The notes under the pieces are model-generated. The model saw nothing but the letters and a program-made list of their open reading frames with translations, did no database searches and was not told where the DNA came from. The translations under genes were made by a program, and so were the position numbers. From Gemmatimonadota bacterium (GTDB lineage Bacteria; Gemmatimonadota; Gemmatimonadetes; Gemmatimonadales; GWC2-71-9), in assembly GCA_039587315.1 (NCBI GenBank), contig JBDHIS010000005.1, positions 36,965-100,964 of the forward strand: a DNA stretch of 64,000 nucleotides, written 5' to 3'. Shown here in pieces: positions 44,779 through 55,304 of the stretch; the stretch's first letter is position 1, and each line of letters starts with the position of its first letter.

Positions 44779-46365
44779 ATGGCGGAACGAGAACTGGTCA
44801 CACTGACTATCGAGGGCGTCGAGGTCACGGTCCCCAAGGGGACGACGATTATCGAGGCCGCCAAGCAGGCCGGGGTGCTGATTCCGCACTACTGCTACCA
44901 CCCGGGACTGCCGGTCGCCGGTGCGTGCCGCATGTGCCTCGTCGAGGTCGAGGGTATGCCGAAGTTGGCGATCGCCTGCGCTACCTCGGTTGCTGAGGGG
45001 CAGGAGGTGCGCGTCAACACCGAGGAGGCGAACAAGGCGCGAGAGGGCGTGCTCGAGTTCCTGCTGATCAATCACCCGCTCGACTGCCCGATTTGCGATC
45101 AGGCCGGCGAGTGCGAGCTGCAGGACTACGTGTTCCAGGAGGGGCGGGCGCGCACGCGCTACACGCCGACATACGCCAAGCGCTTCAACCCGGTCCAGGA
45201 CTTCGGCGGCGACATCCTGTACGTCCAGAACCGCTGCATCCTGTGCACGCGCTGCGTGCGCTTCATGGAGCACGCCGCCGAGGACGCCATCATCAACGTG
45301 AGCGAGCGCGGCGACCGTGCCTTCATCGGCGTTCACCCGGATCGCGAGCTGGACCATCCGTGGGCGGGGAACGTGGTGGATCTCTGCCCGGTGGGCTCGC
45401 TGCTCTCGAAGGATTTCCTACACAAGGCACGCGTCTGGGAGCTCGATCGCACGGCGAGCGTGTGTACCGGATGCTCGCAGGGCTGCAACGTTTACGTCGA
45501 GACGCGCGACAACGCGGTGGTCCGCTTGCGGCCGCGGCCCAACCAGGACCTGAACGGCTACTTCATGTGCGACCATGGGCGCCTCGATTATCGCTGGATG
45601 AACCGCGGCGACCGGATCGAAGCTCCGCTGGTGGCGGATGGCGGGGAGCTGGTGGCGACCGACTGGGACCACGCACTGGAGCGCGCGGCCGAGATCGTAA
45701 AGGGCGCTAACGGCAAGGCCGTGGCGCTCGTGTCGGCAGGGGCTTCGAGCGAGGCGCTGTTTCTGGCCAAGCAGGTGCTGGCGGACTTCGACCTGACCGG
45801 CGCTTTCCGAGTGGACCGGGTGGACGGTGAGGTGCCGCTTGCTGGTGTCCCCAACCTCGCGCTGCGCGAGGAGCGGGCGCCCAACGCGACCGGCGCCGAG
45901 CTGCTTGGCTACGAGGAGCGATTCGACGCGGCCCTGCAGGCGGTTTCCGATGCGGCGCTGGTGATCGTGCTGGACGAAGTGCTCGACGGGGTGACCCGCG
46001 ACGCACTCGACCGGGCCGGAAGCGTCATTTACCTCGGTACGGTTCTACCCGACGCCGCACGCGGCGCAAAGGTGGTCCTGCCGATCACGAACGTGGTCGA
46101 GGAGGACGGTAGCTTCGTGAACCGCGACCGCCGCGTGCAGCGCTATCTGCAGGCGAAGGCCGGCCCGGGAATGGCCCGCCCCGCGTGGTGGGTTCTCGGT
46201 GAGCTCCTGGCTGAAATGGGGCGGGGCGAGCCGCTGGCGAGCGCCGGCGAGGCGTTCGGCGGGCTCGCGGCCCACGAGGCCCAGTTTGCGGGGCTCGGAT
46301 ACGATGGGCTCGGCTACAAGGGCATCGTGCTCGGCCAGGCCAGCCCGGCGGAGGTGTCGACGTGA
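44779..46365 (+). CDS. nuoG: NADH-quinone oxidoreductase subunit G (short, 528 aa)
   Basis: 2Fe-2S N-terminus (CYHP...CRMCLVEV), HPLDCPICDQAGECELQD, CILCTRCVRF, CPVG, then CTGCSQGCN and a truncated molybdopterin-like domain. Confidence 0.9.
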   Translation: MAERELVTLTIEGVEVTVPKGTTIIEAAKQAGVLIPHYCYHPGLPVAGACRMCLVEVEGMPKLAIACATSVAEGQEVRVNTEEANKAREGVLEFLLINHPLDCPICDQAGECELQDYVFQEGRARTRYTPTYAKRFNPVQDFGGDILYVQNRCILCTRCVRFMEHAAEDAIINVSERGDRAFIGVHPDRELDHPWAGNVVDLCPVGSLLSKDFLHKARVWELDRTASVCTGCSQGCNVYVETRDNAVVRLRPRPNQDLNGYFMCDHGRLDYRWMNRGDRIEAPLVADGGELVATDWDHALERAAEIVKGANGKAVALVSAGASSEALFLAKQVLADFDLTGAFRVDRVDGEVPLAGVPNLALREERAPNATGAELLGYEERFDAALQAVSDAALVIVLDEVLDGVTRDALDRAGSVIYLGTVLPDAARGAKVVLPITNVVEEDGSFVNRDRRVQRYLQAKAGPGMARPAWWVLGELLAEMGRGEPLASAGEAFGGLAAHEAQFAGLGYDGLGYKGIVLGQASPAEVST

Positions 46366-47576
46366 CGCCAGAAGTGAAGGGGTTCCTGCTCGTCAGCGTC
46401 ATCAAGCTGGTAGTAGTGTTCTTCGCGCTGCTGATCGGGGTGGCGTTCGTGACGTGGCTCGAGCGGCGTGTGGCCGCGTGGATCCAAAACCGGCTCGGTC
46501 CGAACCGGGTGGGGCCGTTCGGCCTCCTGCAACCGATGGCCGACGGGCTCAAGAACTTCGTCAAGGAAGAGACACTGCCGGCGGGGGCCGACAAGACTCT
46601 GTTTCTCCTGGCGCCGGCCATGTCGTTCGTGCCCTCGCTCGTGCTGTTCGCGGTGATCCCGATGGCGGCCCCGTTTCCACTCTCCTTCGACTTCTCGCTC
46701 CCGTTGCTCGGGCGGTTTGCGTTCGAGGGGCCGATGCCGATGATCGTGGCGGACGTCTCCATCGGGATCCTGTTCATCCTCGCCGTCTCCAGCCTCGCCG
46801 TGTACGGAATCGTGATAGCGGGATGGGCGTCCGGCAACAAGTACTCGTTCCTGGGCGGCCTGCGCTCCAGCGCGCAGATGGTCAGCTATGAGATCGCGCT
46901 GGGCATGAGCGTCATCACTGTGCTGATCCTGGCGGGGAACGTGAGGTTGACGCAGGTGGTCGCGGTCCAGCAGCAGTCGGTTTGGTTCGTGGTCAGCCTC
47001 ACACTAGGCTTCGTGCTCTTTGCGATTTCTGCGCTGGCCGAGGGGAACCGGCTGCCGTTCGACCTGCCTGAGGCCGAGGCCGAGCTGGTGGGCGGATACC
47101 ATACCGAGTACAGCTCGATGCGCTTCGCGATGTTCTTCCTCGCGGAGTACGGCGCGCTGATCACGATGTCTGCCTTGATGGCGACTCTCTTCTTCGGCGG
47201 GTGGGACATCCCGTTCACTGCATGGGACCAGGGTGAGCCTTCCGTCCTCAAGTCACTGGCGACTCTGGTCGCCTTCATTGGGAAGACCTTCTTGTTTGTG
47301 TTCTGGTACATCTGGGTGCGCTGGACATTGCCTCGGTTCCGCTACGACCAGCTGATGGGGCTGGGTTGGAAGATCATGCTTCCGGTCGCTCTCGCCTACA
47401 TCATGCTCATCGCTACCGCGGTGTGGGCGCTCGACGCGCTCGGACTGGCTGACGGCGCGTTGTATGGGCTGGCTCTGTTCGGCGTGAACCTCGTGGCGCT
47501 GTTCATCGTGTTCCGGGTGCTCGACAGCGACCGCCTCATCGGCAAGCAGTACGTCCGGCGGGAAGGGAGCGCATAG
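46362..47576 (+). CDS. nuoH: NADH-quinone oxidoreductase subunit H
   Basis: ERRVAAWIQNRLGPNRVGPFGLLQPMADGLK, EAEAELVGGYHTEYS. Confidence 0.95.
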   Translation: MTPEVKGFLLVSVIKLVVVFFALLIGVAFVTWLERRVAAWIQNRLGPNRVGPFGLLQPMADGLKNFVKEETLPAGADKTLFLLAPAMSFVPSLVLFAVIPMAAPFPLSFDFSLPLLGRFAFEGPMPMIVADVSIGILFILAVSSLAVYGIVIAGWASGNKYSFLGGLRSSAQMVSYEIALGMSVITVLILAGNVRLTQVVAVQQQSVWFVVSLTLGFVLFAISALAEGNRLPFDLPEAEAELVGGYHTEYSSMRFAMFFLAEYGALITMSALMATLFFGGWDIPFTAWDQGEPSVLKSLATLVAFIGKTFLFVFWYIWVRWTLPRFRYDQLMGLGWKIMLPVALAYIMLIATAVWALDALGLADGALYGLALFGVNLVALFIVFRVLDSDRLIGKQYVRREGSA

Positions 47577-48082
47577 TGGCGATCAACGTGAAGCTGATGA
47601 AGCGGCCGGAGCGGGACGTGAGTTACCTGCGCGCTGCCTTGAAGGGTCTGGCGATGACGTTCCGCCACCTGGTAGCGCCGAAGTGGACGATGCAGTACCC
47701 GGAGCAGAAGGCCACCGACGACTGGACGATCTCGCCGCGTTGGCGCGGGACCCACCGCATGCTCACCGACGAGCAGGGTCGTGCCAAGTGCGTCGCTTGC
47801 GGTCTGTGCCCGCAGATATGTCCGGCCAACTGCATCAAGCTGGTGCCGGGCGAGGATGAGGACGGCCACCGGTACCCGCTGATCTACGAGATCGACGAGT
47901 TTCGCTGCGTGTTCTGCGGGTACTGCCAGGAGGTGTGTCCGGAGGAGGCCATCCACGTCGGCGTGCACTACGAGAACTCCGAGTATCAACGCGAGCGCTT
48001 CGTGTACGACCTGGAGCGACTCTGCGCGCAAACACATCCGGTATCCACGCTGTGGGATCCATCGGATCCCCGGGGTGAGTGA
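47576..48082 (+). CDS. nuoI: NADH-quinone oxidoreductase subunit I
   Basis: Two 4Fe-4S motifs CVACGLCPQICP and CVFCGYCQEVCP. Confidence 0.95.
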   Translation: MAINVKLMKRPERDVSYLRAALKGLAMTFRHLVAPKWTMQYPEQKATDDWTISPRWRGTHRMLTDEQGRAKCVACGLCPQICPANCIKLVPGEDEDGHRYPLIYEIDEFRCVFCGYCQEVCPEEAIHVGVHYENSEYQRERFVYDLERLCAQTHPVSTLWDPSDPRGE

Positions 48083-48085
48083 ATC

Positions 48086-48607
48086 GTGAGTCAGACTGAG
48101 CTCGTATTCTGGTTCTTTGCCGCTGTCTCCGTGATCTCGGCGTTCCTCTGCATCACGCGGAGGAGCCCGTTGGCAAGCGCCCTGTGGCTGGTGAATACGC
48201 TGTTCGCCATCGCCGCCATCTTCATCCTGCTCGACGCCCACTTCATTGGCGCGCTGCAGGTACTGGTGTACGCGGGCGCGATCATGGTGCTGTTCTTGTT
48301 CGTGATCATGCTGCTCAACCTCGGGCGCGACACCGGCACCGACATGCTTGGGTGGACGGGCCGGATCGTGATGCTCGCGGTGGGCGCGCTTCTGGCGACG
48401 GAGCTGTTGGTGCTGGCCCGGGTCGCCCCGCATCAGGATCTCGTGCTGCCGGCCGGAGCTATAAGGCAGATCACGCAGGAGCAGGGAGCGGTAGGCGCCA
48501 TTGCAACGCCGCTGTTTCGCGACTACGTGATCCCGTTTGAGATCACATCCGTGCTGTTGCTGGCCGCGGTCGTGGGGGCCGTGGTGCTGGCGAAAAGGAG
48601 GCTCTAG
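48086..48607 (+). CDS. nuoJ: NADH-quinone oxidoreductase subunit J
   Basis: 173 aa, 5 [17 protein letters not shown] block, position in the operon. Confidence 0.9.
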   Translation: MSQTELVFWFFAAVSVISAFLCITRRSPLASALWLVNTLFAIAAIFILLDAHFIGALQVLVYAGAIMVLFLFVIMLLNLGRDTGTDMLGWTGRIVMLAVGALLATELLVLARVAPHQDLVLPAGAIRQITQEQGAVGAIATPLFRDYVIPFEITSVLLLAAVVGAVVLAKRRL

Positions 48608-48903
48608 TGCTCCTTGGACCGTCACTCGGGCTGTCGGCCGTGCTGTTCAGCCTTGGCGTAGCCGGTGTTCTGTTCCGCCGCAACGCCATAGTGATCTTCA
48701 TTTGCATCGAGCTGATGCTGAACGCGGTGAACCTGTCGTTCGTCGCGTTCGCGCAGCAACTGGGCCGTTCGGGCCAGGTGATCGTGTTCTTCGTGATGGC
48801 GGTTGCGGCGGCTGAAGCGGCCGTCGGCCTCGCGATAATGATCGCGATCTATCGGCACAAGGACACGGTCAACGTCAGAGAGATCAATCTACTGAGGGGA
48901 TGA
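48607..48903 (+). CDS. nuoK: NADH-quinone oxidoreductase subunit K
   Basis: 98 aa, 3 [23 protein letters not shown]. Confidence 0.9.
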   Translation: MLLGPSLGLSAVLFSLGVAGVLFRRNAIVIFICIELMLNAVNLSFVAFAQQLGRSGQVIVFFVMAVAAAEAAVGLAIMIAIYRHKDTVNVREINLLRG

Positions 48904-50891
48904 TGCCGGCAACGGTTGGGTGGGTGTGGCTCGTGCTGCTGTTCCCGTTCGCGGGGTTCCTGGCGAACGGTTCGATCAGCTTGCTGCGCCTCGACGCCAA
49001 GCGGGCCGTGACCGCGATAGGGGTGGGAGCGCTGGTACTCTCGTTCCTGGTCGCGGTGGCGGCGGTGGCTGGGCTCGCTGGTGCGCCGGCGGATGCTCCC
49101 TACGTCCTCAGCCTCTGGCAGTGGATGCCGGCGGGCCGGCTGGAGATCGAACTGGCGCTTCAGGTGGACCAGTTGTCCGCGGTGATGCTGCTCGTCGTCA
49201 CTGGCGTCAGCATGGTGATCCACGTCTTCAGTGTCGGGTACATGGGCGAGGATCCGGGGTATGCGCGGTACTTCGCGTATCTCAACCTCTTCGTCTTCTT
49301 CATGCTCGTGCTGATCCTGGGGGCCAACTTCCCGGTGATGTTCATCGGCTGGGAAGGCGTCGGGCTGTGCAGCTATCTGCTCATCGGGTTCTGGTTCGAG
49401 ACCGAAGCGTACGCCAACGCGGGCAAGAAGGCGTTCATCATGAACCGCATCGGGGACGTCGGGTTCCTGTTGGCGATGTTCATGATCTTCCAGGCTGTCG
49501 GGACCCTGTCGTTTACGGAGGTCTTCGAGCAGGCACCGCGCGCCTTCACGATTGGCGGCACGGCCATCACGCTGGTCACACTCGCCTTGTTCGTGGGCGC
49601 CACCGGCAAGTCCGCGCAGATTCCGCTCTACACGTGGCTGCCCGACGCCATGGCGGGTCCGACGCCGGTCTCCGCGCTGATCCACGCGGCGACGATGGTG
49701 ACGGCGGGTGTCTACATGGTCGCGCGCGCCAACGTACTGTTCGCCATGGCTCCGGTCTCGAGCTTCACGGTAGCCGCGGTCGGCGCGATTACGGCACTGT
49801 TCGCGGCGACCATCGCGCTCAAGCAGTGGGACATCAAGAAGGTGCTCGCCTACTCAACGGTGTCCCAGCTCGGATACATGTTCATGGGTGTGGGCGTCGG
49901 TGCGTACGCGGCCGGCATCTTCCACCTCACTACGCACGCCTTCTTCAAGGCACTCCTCTTTCTCGGCTCGGGTAGCGTGATCTACGCTCTGCACCACGCG
50001 TATCACCACACCCACAGCAGTGAAGACGCCCAGGACATGCGCAACATGGGTGGCTTGAGAAGGTGGATGCCGTTCACGGCGGCGTTCATGTGGATCGCGA
50101 CGCTGGCCATCGCCGGAGTCCCCGGTCTCTCCGGGTTCTTCTCGAAGGACGAGATTCTGGCTGCGACTTTCGCGCGCGGCCACGAGGCGGCCGCATTCTA
50201 CGTGCTGTGGGCGGTTGGGATCGTTACAGCGCTGCTCACGGCGTTCTACATGACGCGGCTCATGCTCTACACCTTCCACGGTCCGAACCGCAGCGGTGAG
50301 AAGGAGCAGGCGCACCTGCACGAGTCGCCGTGGGTGATGACCGCGCCACTGCTGGTGTTGGCGGTTCTCTCGATCGTGGGCGGCTTGATCAACCTGCCGG
50401 CGGTCCTACCGGGGAGCGGTTGGCTGCATCACTGGCTGGAGCCCGTGACGGAGCTGTCCGCGGCGTATCTGCCCGAGGTCCACCTGTCACACTCGACGGA
50501 GTGGGCTCTGCTCGGGTTCGCCACTCTCATCGCGGCCGCGGGCATCATCGGCGCGTGGAGGCTGCTCAAACCGGCCGAGCTCGTGCCTGCACGGGAGGCT
50601 CCGGAGGAGACCGGCATCCAGAAGGTGCTACTGCGCAAGTGGTACGGGGACGAGATCTACGACGCGCTGATAGTGCGCCCGATCATGTGGGTCTCGGAGA
50701 ACGTGCTGTGGAAGGTGATCGACAAGGGCATCATCGACGGCTTTGCCGTGAACGGCTCTGCAAATTTCGCCCGCGCCATGGGCTGGCTCGGTAGCCGGCT
50801 CCAGACGGGGTATGTGGGAACCTACGTGTTCCTGTTCGTGCTCGGCGCGCTGATACTGCTGCGGGTGGTGACGGGGTGGGAGCTGCTATGA
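48900..50891 (+). CDS. nuoL: NADH-quinone oxidoreductase subunit L
   Basis: 663 aa antiporter-like subunit ([47 protein letters not shown]) with a C-terminal lateral-helix extension. Confidence 0.95.
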   Translation: MMPATVGWVWLVLLFPFAGFLANGSISLLRLDAKRAVTAIGVGALVLSFLVAVAAVAGLAGAPADAPYVLSLWQWMPAGRLEIELALQVDQLSAVMLLVVTGVSMVIHVFSVGYMGEDPGYARYFAYLNLFVFFMLVLILGANFPVMFIGWEGVGLCSYLLIGFWFETEAYANAGKKAFIMNRIGDVGFLLAMFMIFQAVGTLSFTEVFEQAPRAFTIGGTAITLVTLALFVGATGKSAQIPLYTWLPDAMAGPTPVSALIHAATMVTAGVYMVARANVLFAMAPVSSFTVAAVGAITALFAATIALKQWDIKKVLAYSTVSQLGYMFMGVGVGAYAAGIFHLTTHAFFKALLFLGSGSVIYALHHAYHHTHSSEDAQDMRNMGGLRRWMPFTAAFMWIATLAIAGVPGLSGFFSKDEILAATFARGHEAAAFYVLWAVGIVTALLTAFYMTRLMLYTFHGPNRSGEKEQAHLHESPWVMTAPLLVLAVLSIVGGLINLPAVLPGSGWLHHWLEPVTELSAAYLPEVHLSHSTEWALLGFATLIAAAGIIGAWRLLKPAELVPAREAPEETGIQKVLLRKWYGDEIYDALIVRPIMWVSENVLWKVIDKGIIDGFAVNGSANFARAMGWLGSRLQTGYVGTYVFLFVLGALILLRVVTGWELL

Positions 50892-52414
50892 ACTACGAGG
50901 CATGGGTGTTAGACGCCCTGTTGGCGTTCCCGCTGCTGGCGGCGGTCGCCGTCCTGCTGCGGCCCGTGCGCGAGGCCAAGTGGATCGCACTCGTCGCGAC
51001 GCTGATCGAGTTCCTGGTCTCGGTGCCCCTCTGGTGGAAGTTCGATGTCACGACCGCGGCCATGCAGTTCCAGGTGGCGCGACCCTGGATCGCCGGCTGG
51101 GGAGTGTGGTTCCGATTGGGACTGGACGGCATCTCCCTGTTCATGGTGCTCCTCACCACGTTCACGATGCCGCTGGCGGTGCTGGGCAGCTTCAACTACA
51201 TCCGCGAGAAGGAGCGGGCTTACTACGGGTTGCTGCTCGTGCTCACGACCGGCATGCTGGGCGTGTTCCTCGCGCTCGACCTCTTCGTCTTCTACGTGTT
51301 CTGGGAGATCATGCTCATCCCGATGTATTTCCTCATCGGGGTGTGGGGCGGACCGCGCCGGCTTTACGCCGCCATAAAGTTCTTCCTGTTCACGTTCGTT
51401 GGGTCGCTGCTCATGCTGGTAGCGATCCTGACCATCTACTACTACGTGGGCCGCGCGACCGGGACGTACTCGTTCGAGTACTATCACTTGCTGTCGAACA
51501 TCCAGGTCACGGACCGCTGGGGTTTCTGGTTGTTTGGCGCCTTCTTCCTGGCTTTTGCCATCAAGGTGCCTTTGTTCCCGTTCCACACCTGGTTGCCCGA
51601 CGCGCATGTCGAGGCGCCTACCGCGGGATCTGTGATCCTGGCGGGGATCCTGCTGAAGATGGGGTGCTACGGGTTCCTGCGTTTCGCGCTGCCCTTCTAC
51701 CCCAACGTCGTGCTCGATCCCACCGTGGTGACGGTGGTGGTCCTGCTGGCAGTCATCGGGATCATCTACGGTGGGCTGGTCGCGATGGTGCAGCCCGACT
51801 TCAAGAAGCTGGTCGCGTACTCGTCGGTGGCTCACTTGGGCTTCGTGATGCTGGGTATCTGGGCGGCGACCGTGCAGAGCCTCGAGGGTGCGATCATCAT
51901 CATGATCAGCCACGGGATCTCGACCGGAGCGCTGTTCTTCCTGGCCGGCATGCTGTACGAGAGACGTCACACGCGCGAGATCGCGGCGTTTGGAGGCCTG
52001 GCCAAGGTCGTGCCGCTGCTCGCGGCCGCGCTGACCATAGTTGCGCTCTCTTCGATTGGGTTGCCGGGAACCAACGGTTTCATCGGCGAGTTCCTCGTGC
52101 TGATCGGGTCGTTCCCGATCTATCCGTGGGCCGTCGTAGTCGCCGCGACGGGAGTGATAGTGGCGGCGATGTACATGCTGCGAGCGCTGCAGCGGGTCAT
52201 CTACAACAAGCTCGACAATCCGGACAACGAAGGCATGCTGGATCTCTCGCGGCGTGAGCTCGCCGTGTTGGTGCCGCTCATCGCGCTGATCTTCTGGATC
52301 GGCGTATATCCCGCGCCGTTCCTGCGACGCATCGAAACGTCGACGAGCATGCTCGTGGAGCAGGTGCGAGGGGCGCAGGCGCCGGAACACTTCGAGGTGG
52401 GAGGACAGCGCTGA
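50888..52414 (+). CDS. nuoM: NADH-quinone oxidoreductase subunit M
   Basis: Antiporter-like (FPFHTWLPDAHVEAPTAGSVILAGILLK). ATG 50888 gives an ATGA overlap with nuoL (the ORF track starts at 50876). Confidence 0.95.
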   Translation: MNYEAWVLDALLAFPLLAAVAVLLRPVREAKWIALVATLIEFLVSVPLWWKFDVTTAAMQFQVARPWIAGWGVWFRLGLDGISLFMVLLTTFTMPLAVLGSFNYIREKERAYYGLLLVLTTGMLGVFLALDLFVFYVFWEIMLIPMYFLIGVWGGPRRLYAAIKFFLFTFVGSLLMLVAILTIYYYVGRATGTYSFEYYHLLSNIQVTDRWGFWLFGAFFLAFAIKVPLFPFHTWLPDAHVEAPTAGSVILAGILLKMGCYGFLRFALPFYPNVVLDPTVVTVVVLLAVIGIIYGGLVAMVQPDFKKLVAYSSVAHLGFVMLGIWAATVQSLEGAIIIMISHGISTGALFFLAGMLYERRHTREIAAFGGLAKVVPLLAAALTIVALSSIGLPGTNGFIGEFLVLIGSFPIYPWAVVVAATGVIVAAMYMLRALQRVIYNKLDNPDNEGMLDLSRRELAVLVPLIALIFWIGVYPAPFLRRIETSTSMLVEQVRGAQAPEHFEVGGQR

Positions 52415-53925
52415 TGTGGCCGGTGATCGATCTCGGTATGCCCGGTGGGATCGCGGTTGCGCTCCTGCCGGAGCTGGTCCTCACGGGTTGGGCTCTGTTC
52501 CTCACCATTCTCGTGGCGTGGCGGCACCGCAGCAACGATGATCAGCTGCTGGTCGGATACCTGGCGGCGGTCGGCCTAGTGCTCACGGCGGCCGTCGTTG
52601 TCGTCTTCTGGTTGGCGGGCGCGCGAGCCGGGGGCCTAGAGACGATGATCGCGCTCGACAGCTTCCGCTACATCGCTGACTTGATCTTCCTGTTGGGCGC
52701 GCTGCTCGCCGTACTGCTCTCGATGGGTTACCTGGGCCGAGAGCGGATTCTGGTGCCCGAGTACTTCCTGCTGCTGCTGTATGCTACGGTGGGGATGATG
52801 TTCATGGGCGGGGGCGCCGATCTCATCGTGATCTTCCTCGGTCTCGAGGTAATGTCCGTCAGCGTGTACGTGCTCGCGGGCATCGACAGGCGCAGCGTGT
52901 TCTGCGCTGAGGCCGCTCTCAAGTACTTCCTGTTGGGTGCCTTTGCCTCGGCGTTCCTGCTCTACGGGATCGCGCTGGTGTACGGCTTCACGGGAACCAC
53001 GAACCTCGGTCTGATCTACGCGCAGACGACCACCTGGGCTCTTCAGGAGAACACGATACTGCTGGTCGGCATCGCAATGCTGCTGGTGGGCTTCGGGTTC
53101 AAGGTGGCCGCGGTTCCGTTCCACATGTGGACGCCCGACGTGTATGACGGCGCGCCCACTCCCATCACGGCGTTCATGGCGGCGGCCGTCAAGGCTGCTG
53201 CGTTCGCGGCGATGTTCCGCGTCATGCTCGAAGCCCTCGGTACGACGGCGGTGGTGTGGACAGAAGCCGTCTGGTGGCTCGCGGCGATTACGATGGTCGT
53301 CGGGAACCTCGTGGCGCTCGCACAGCGCAACCTGAAGCGGATGCTCGCCTACAGCTCGATCGGGCACGCGGGATACCTGCTCACGGCTGTAGCGAGCGGG
53401 ACGGACTTCGGCGCGGCGGCATTCCTGTTCTATGCGTTTGCGTACACGATCATGACGGTGGGCGCGTTTGCGATCGTGGCCGCGGCGGGACGGCGCGGCG
53501 AGCGCGACCTTCGGGTCGAGGATCTCAACGGGCTGTCGAAGCGGCGTCCGTGGCTCGCTCTGGCGATGATGGTGTTCATGCTCTCTCTGCTCGGGTTCCC
53601 GGGGACCGCGGGCTTCATAGGGAAGTGGTTCATCCTCTCGGCCGCGGTGGAGGCGCAGAACGGGCTGCTCGCGGTCGTGTTGGTGGGTACGACGGTGATC
53701 TCCGCTGGATACTACCTGCCGGTCGTCATGGCGATGTTCATGAAGCCGCCGGCATCGGATGACGTGCACGAGCACGTCAGGGTGACCGGGATTGCTCGCT
53801 GGGTCATCGCAGCCACCGCGGTGGTGCTGCTGGTGCTCGGTGTGTGGCCGGGTCGAGCCATGGACGCGGCGGAACAGGGAGGACAGGATCTCAGACCTTC
53901 GGTGATGATCACCGTATCGAGATAG
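52414..53925 (+). CDS. nuoN: NADH-quinone oxidoreductase subunit N
   Basis: Antiporter-like (FKVAAVPFHMWTPDVYDGAPTPITAFM), last of the 14-gene set. Confidence 0.95.
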   Translation: MWPVIDLGMPGGIAVALLPELVLTGWALFLTILVAWRHRSNDDQLLVGYLAAVGLVLTAAVVVVFWLAGARAGGLETMIALDSFRYIADLIFLLGALLAVLLSMGYLGRERILVPEYFLLLLYATVGMMFMGGGADLIVIFLGLEVMSVSVYVLAGIDRRSVFCAEAALKYFLLGAFASAFLLYGIALVYGFTGTTNLGLIYAQTTTWALQENTILLVGIAMLLVGFGFKVAAVPFHMWTPDVYDGAPTPITAFMAAAVKAAAFAAMFRVMLEALGTTAVVWTEAVWWLAAITMVVGNLVALAQRNLKRMLAYSSIGHAGYLLTAVASGTDFGAAAFLFYAFAYTIMTVGAFAIVAAAGRRGERDLRVEDLNGLSKRRPWLALAMMVFMLSLLGFPGTAGFIGKWFILSAAVEAQNGLLAVVLVGTTVISAGYYLPVVMAMFMKPPASDDVHEHVRVTGIARWVIAATAVVLLVLGVWPGRAMDAAEQGGQDLRPSVMITVSR

Positions 53926-53926
53926 C

Positions 53927-55300
53927 GTGGAAGTACCCTCCTTCATCTTTCGGCAATACGACATCAGAGGCATCGTCGGTGACGAGCTGACGCCCCAACT
54001 GGCACATGCCATAGGGCGGGCCGTCGCGACGATCACACGCGCCCGTATCGGGCGCGATCCCAAGCTTGCTGTGGGACGCGACAACCGGCCGTCCGGTGAG
54101 CTCCTGGCGCGTGCCGTGCGCGACGGCGTCGCGCAGGCGGGCGGCACGGCGGTTGACGTGGGCATGTTGCCGACCCCGGCCCTTTACCTGGCGCTTCACG
54201 AACTCGAAGTGGACGGTGGCATCCAGGTCACCGGCTCGCACAACCCGCCGGAGTTCAACGGGTTCAAGATGGTTGCGGCAGGAGAGACCCTGCACGGTGA
54301 CGACATACAGGAGATCAAGCGCCTGATCGAGACGGACGGGAGCGATACCGGCACTGGCTCGATCGAGGCGGACGATTCGGTGCTGCAACGCTACGGGGAT
54401 GCCATCGTCTCGCGCAACGCGCCCCTCGCCAGACAGGTCAAGGTCGTGGTGGACTGCGGCAACGGCACGGCCAGCCTGTGCGCGGTGGATGTCCTCACAC
54501 GGTTGGGCGCCGACGTCGTGCCGCTGTACTGCGATTCCGACGGCTCGTTTCCCAATCACCATCCGGACCCCACGGTCCTCGAGAACCTGGTTGACCTGCA
54601 GGCGGCGGTGCGGCGCACGGGCGCGGAGCTCGGCATCGCGTTCGACGGTGACGGCGATCGGATCGGGGCAGTGGACGAGGACGGAACGGTCGTCTACGGC
54701 GACCAGTTGCTAGTGCTGTACGGACGCGACCTGGCGCAGCGCATGGGGAAAGGGCACTCGGTCATATTCGACGTCAAGTGCTCCAACGTGCTGGGGGAAG
54801 CGCTCGCCGCGGACGGGCTCGAGCCGGTGATCTGGAAGACCGGGCACTCGCTGATCAAGGCGAAGATGAAGGATACTGGAGCGCCGCTCGCCGGCGAGAT
54901 GAGCGGGCACATGTTCTTCGGCGGCGACTACTATGGATTCGACGACGCGCAGTTCGCGGCCGCCCGGCTGCTAGCGATCGTTGCGCGCGGCAGTGGACCG
55001 CTCTCCACGCTGCTCGCCGACCTTCCAAAGACCTTTGCGACGCCGGAGTTGCGCGCGGACTGCCCTGAGGAACGCAAGTTCCAGATAGTGCAGGCCGCGG
55101 CGAAGCACTTCGGCGCCCGCTACGAAGTCCTGACTCTCGACGGCGTACGCATCTCGTTCCCCGACGGCTGGGGGCTGCTGCGCGCATCCAACACGCAGCC
55201 GGTTCTGGTCCTCCGGTTCGAAGCCACCTCGGAGGCGGCTCTCGCCAGCTACCGCCAGGAGGTGGAACGCTGGCTCGAGGAGCAGCACCGGGCGGGGTAG
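53927..55300 (+). CDS. Phosphomannomutase/phosphoglucomutase
   Basis: FRQYDIRG, active-site TGSHNPPEFNGFK, metal loop FDGDGDR, GEMSGH. GTG start 2 nt after the nuoN stop. Confidence 0.9.
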   Translation: MEVPSFIFRQYDIRGIVGDELTPQLAHAIGRAVATITRARIGRDPKLAVGRDNRPSGELLARAVRDGVAQAGGTAVDVGMLPTPALYLALHELEVDGGIQVTGSHNPPEFNGFKMVAAGETLHGDDIQEIKRLIETDGSDTGTGSIEADDSVLQRYGDAIVSRNAPLARQVKVVVDCGNGTASLCAVDVLTRLGADVVPLYCDSDGSFPNHHPDPTVLENLVDLQAAVRRTGAELGIAFDGDGDRIGAVDEDGTVVYGDQLLVLYGRDLAQRMGKGHSVIFDVKCSNVLGEALAADGLEPVIWKTGHSLIKAKMKDTGAPLAGEMSGHMFFGGDYYGFDDAQFAAARLLAIVARGSGPLSTLLADLPKTFATPELRADCPEERKFQIVQAAAKHFGARYEVLTLDGVRISFPDGWGLLRASNTQPVLVLRFEATSEAALASYRQEVERWLEEQHRAG

Positions 55301-55304
55301 CGTC

